Below are positions 61,600 through 64,000 of a stretch of DNA of 64,000 nt, piece by piece. Positions within the stretch are counted from its first letter, which is position 1. Each line of letters begins with the position of its first letter. Position numbers and translations under genes: made by a program. This stretch comes from a virus. A model generated the notes under the pieces. That model searched no databases. It was given only the letters and a program-made list of their open reading frames with translations, and was not told where the DNA came from. The DNA lies in the IMG/VR virus record IMGVR_UViG_3300045988_079583, positions 50,885 to 114,884 of that record, one strand, 5' to 3'.

Positions 61600-63420
61600 A
61601 TGGCAGCTATCAAATCTATAAAGGTAGGAGAAATTACATACGACTTAAAGGCTACTTATGATGGTTCTGGCAACAATATTGCCGAGACCTATGCTAAATC
61701 TAGTGCTATTCCGACTAAAGTATCATAGTTAAGTAATGATAAAAACTACCTAACAGAACATTAGGACATTAGTGGTTTAGCAACTAAAGAATAGATAGAC
61801 GAAAAAGTAGACAAGGAATTAGGAAAAGGTCTTTCTGAAGCTAATTATACTGAATTAGAAAAATAGAAGCTTTAGGGTGTAGAAGATGGTGCAAATAATT
61901 ATGAACACCCAACTACAGCGGGATATAAACATATTCCCTCTGGAGGAGCAGCAGGATAGATTTTAACTTACTCTAATGATGGTACTGCCCAATGGGCAGA
62001 TTCTAGCACTAAGTTAGATTAGCAATTCTAGGCACTTAATGAGGCTTGGGAAGAACTTCAGAAAGCTTAGCAAAATTTAGATAGCTAGGTAACAGCTATG
62101 ACTAGTAACGCAGATCTTTACTCCTATGGAGTAGAATGGGATATAACTGTATCTTCTCCGGTTCTCACCAGAATTGGAAACCCGTTACTGCATAAATCAC
62201 TTCCTATTCAATCTGCTTATAGAGGATGCGTAGCCAATGGAGCTAATATAAACTATTTCTTACATCCAGATAATTGGGCTTATAAGGAAGACGGTACTAC
62301 TCCCTCTGTGCTTGATGGTAGTGAAGGAACTGTTAGGGTTAACACTCCTAAGTTCTATGGTAAGTCTGGTTCCAATGGAAATAAAAGATGGGTAAGAGAA
62401 TCAACTGTTAAGATAGACGACTCTTGGGTTGAAATACCGGAATTGTTAATTGATGCATATAGAAGCACAGTTGATACTACAGTATCTGCAACTCCAAAGG
62501 CTGTATCAGTAGTTAATACTACTACAGCATTTAGAGGAGGTGGAAATAGAGCATAGTTCGACGAGTACTTGACTACTGAGCTGGAGACTAAAGATATTTT
62601 CAGAAGCGACTTAGGAAAACCAAGAACGAATATTTCCAGAGCCACAATGAGAACTTATGCTACAAACGCAGGTTCTGAATTACTATGTTACGAATATTAC
62701 AAGTGGATATTCTACTGGAATTATGTAATAGAATATGCTAACTTTAACTCTTAGGCTACATATGAGGCAGAGCTTACTGCTGATGGCTATCATTAGGGAG
62801 GTCTTGGACCCGGAGTTACGGATTGGAGTAATTCTGCCACAAGTTGGTCTGGATATAACGGAACTTATCCTCTTACTCCATGCGGTCACTGTAACGATAT
62901 TGGTAACTTCACAGGAGTTAAAGATTTAGTTATCCCAGGATGCACTGCAACAGATGGGACTAGTACAGTAGCTACTCATACCTTTAAAGTACCACGTTGG
63001 AGAGGCTTTGATAATCCATTTGGAGACATTTGGACAAACCTAGATGGAGTAGTTATTCAAAGAACTGCAGCGAATGAAATAAGTAGTGTATATACTACCA
63101 CAGATAAAGCGGAGTTTACTGACGTAATTGGCAACAAGACTATAGCCGGATACGAGGTAGCACAAGATGGATACATTAAAGAGTTTGATTTAGGAGAGAC
63201 AGCGGAGATTATACCATCTTCTTGTACTGGAGCTTCAATTACTACTTATATGTGTGACTACCACTATTGTAACGCTAGCTCTACAGCGCTTCGCACGCTG
63301 CGGGTGGGCGGCGGCGCGGGTGTTGGCGGCAGTGCGGGTCTCGGCTGTTTCGGTTCTAACTTTGGCGTCGGCCTTGCCGATTCCCATGTCGGGTTCAGAA
63401 CTCTAAATAGAGTATCTTAA
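61600..63420 (+). CDS. tail fibre / receptor-binding protein with C-terminal DGR variable region, TAG-recoded (606 aa)
   Basis: open from ATG 61600 to TAA 63418-63420 with TAG read-through; C-terminal 35 aa (VGGGAGVGGSAGLGCFGSNFGVGLADSHVGF) encoded by VR1. Confidence 0.6.
63298..63393 (+). repeat. DGR variable repeat 1 (VR1)
   Basis: 96 nt, GC-rich and nearly adenine-free, aligns with TR; about two dozen differences all at TR adenines. Confidence 0.7.
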
Positions 63421-63500
63421 GATATAAAAATATAAAAAATCAGTTTAGATAATAAACTGTAGGATATTACTTCTAAAAACCGTTGATTGGCAAAAAAGAA

Positions 63501-63596
63501 CTGCTAGTAGGCAGCAACGCGAATAATGGCAGCAATGCAGGTCTCAGCTATTTCAATTCTAACAATGACGTCAGCAATGCCAATTCCAATGTCGAG
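63501..63596 (+). repeat. DGR template repeat (TR)
   Basis: AAT/AGC/AAC-rich copy of the VR sequence located between target gene and RT gene. Confidence 0.7.
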
Positions 63597-63795
63597 TTAT
63601 TATATATTTAGAAACAATTTTAATTTTTACCTTATTTAGTTTGCTAAGTAATATCCTTGCCTCTAGGCAAAAAATAACGTAGTGTTGAATGAAGGGTGTT
63701 AGTAGGTTATCTCGAACGCTTCCGATGAAATATATAAAAAATTGAAACGTGTAGGACATTTGCACGAAAGGGTGTATGATTTATGGAACATCGAA

Positions 63796-64000
63796 ATGGC
63801 TGATGATAGAGCCAGAAAAAATAAATCTGTTCGATGTGGAATTAAGCAACATGATAAAAATAGATTAAAAGAAAATAAGGAATTATCCCACAAACTAAGG
63901 GACCTAATTTATCAGACGTCTGAATATAGTACTTTCATAATATATGAACCTAAGGAAAGATTAATCTTTAGACTTCCATACTATCCTGATAGAATAACTC
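63796..64000 (+). CDS. DGR-type reverse transcriptase, N-terminal part (continues beyond window)
   Basis: MADDRARKNKSVRCGIKQHDKNRLKENKELSHKLRDLIYQTSEYSTFIIYEPKERLIFRLPYYPDRIT... matches the conserved N-terminal segment of DGR RTs (cf. BPP-1 Brt ...FLVYEPKPRLISALEFKDRLVQHAL). Confidence 0.6.
   Translation, partial: MADDRARKNKSVRCGIKQHDKNRLKENKELSHKLRDLIYQTSEYSTFIIYEPKERLIFRLPYYPDRIT

Noticed and set aside
49424-63893. Short plus- and minus-strand ORFs from the six-frame track inside the structural module (e.g. 51957-52166, 53233-53418, 54467-54652, 59617-59847, 62355-62645, 62683-62889, 63571-63765)
   Set aside because: Plus-strand pieces are TAG-delimited fragments of long recoded genes. 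Minus-strand ones are antisense to those genes and have no independent support.
63571-63893. Minus-strand ORFs between TR and RT as a possible avd (accessory variability determinant)
   Set aside because: They are antisense to the RT start and TR-RT spacer and are AT-rich low-complexity. No convincing avd-sized plus-strand ORF is present there, so avd may lie beyond the window or be absent.

Overview
This window looks like a 64-kb piece of a large, AT-rich tailed dsDNA phage genome. Its features (about 28 tRNA genes, TAG-containing late genes, OmpA/SPFH/flotillin-like genes) resemble phages of Bacteroidota, e.g. crAss-like phages, but that placement is inference.

Layout. Positions 1-44,421 are a tightly packed minus-strand block of genes in the standard code. 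It carries NAD+ salvage genes (nadV and a prs-like gene), RNase H, flotillin/NfeD, an SPFH lipoprotein, an OmpA-like protein, a glucosaminidase, a radical SAM enzyme, a ParB-like nuclease, HNH and GIY-YIG homing endonucleases, and about 28 tRNA genes. A divergent noncoding region lies at about 44.4-44.7 kb. The plus-strand block follows: small genes, a PD-(D/E)xK nuclease, then from 49.5 kb a structural/packaging module with the large terminase, portal and three long tail-fibre-like proteins.

Main observations:
1. TAG is reassigned in the plus-strand structural module. These genes are full of in-frame TAG codons and terminate with TAA or TGA. The six-frame ORF track therefore shows them only as fragments.
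2. Two tRNA genes carry the amber-reading anticodon CUA: 42783-42853 on the minus strand and 45245-45316 on the plus strand. Both resemble the tRNA-Gln(UUG) gene at 30391-30462, so TAG probably encodes Gln. They sit on either side of the divergent region.
3. A diversity-generating retroelement (DGR) is present. It has a template repeat at 63501-63596, a reverse transcriptase starting at 63796 that runs off the window, and two variable repeats that differ from the template only at template adenines. One variable repeat forms the C-terminus of the tail-fibre gene 61600-63420. The other lies about 28 kb away on the opposite strand, inside gene 35253-35813.
4. Two paralogous GIY-YIG endonuclease genes and one HNH endonuclease gene in the standard-code block themselves contain in-frame TAG codons. 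The GIY-YIG cassettes sit directly after tRNA or tRNA-like 3' ends, each flanked by a 12-13-nt direct repeat of that 3' end, and share a leader motif. The HNH gene splits a tRNA-like gene in its anticodon loop.
5. A roughly 500-nt ORF-free region at 22052-22556 has the hallmarks of a tmRNA-like RNA.

All tRNA folds, translations and coordinates were done by hand and are approximate to within a few nucleotides.
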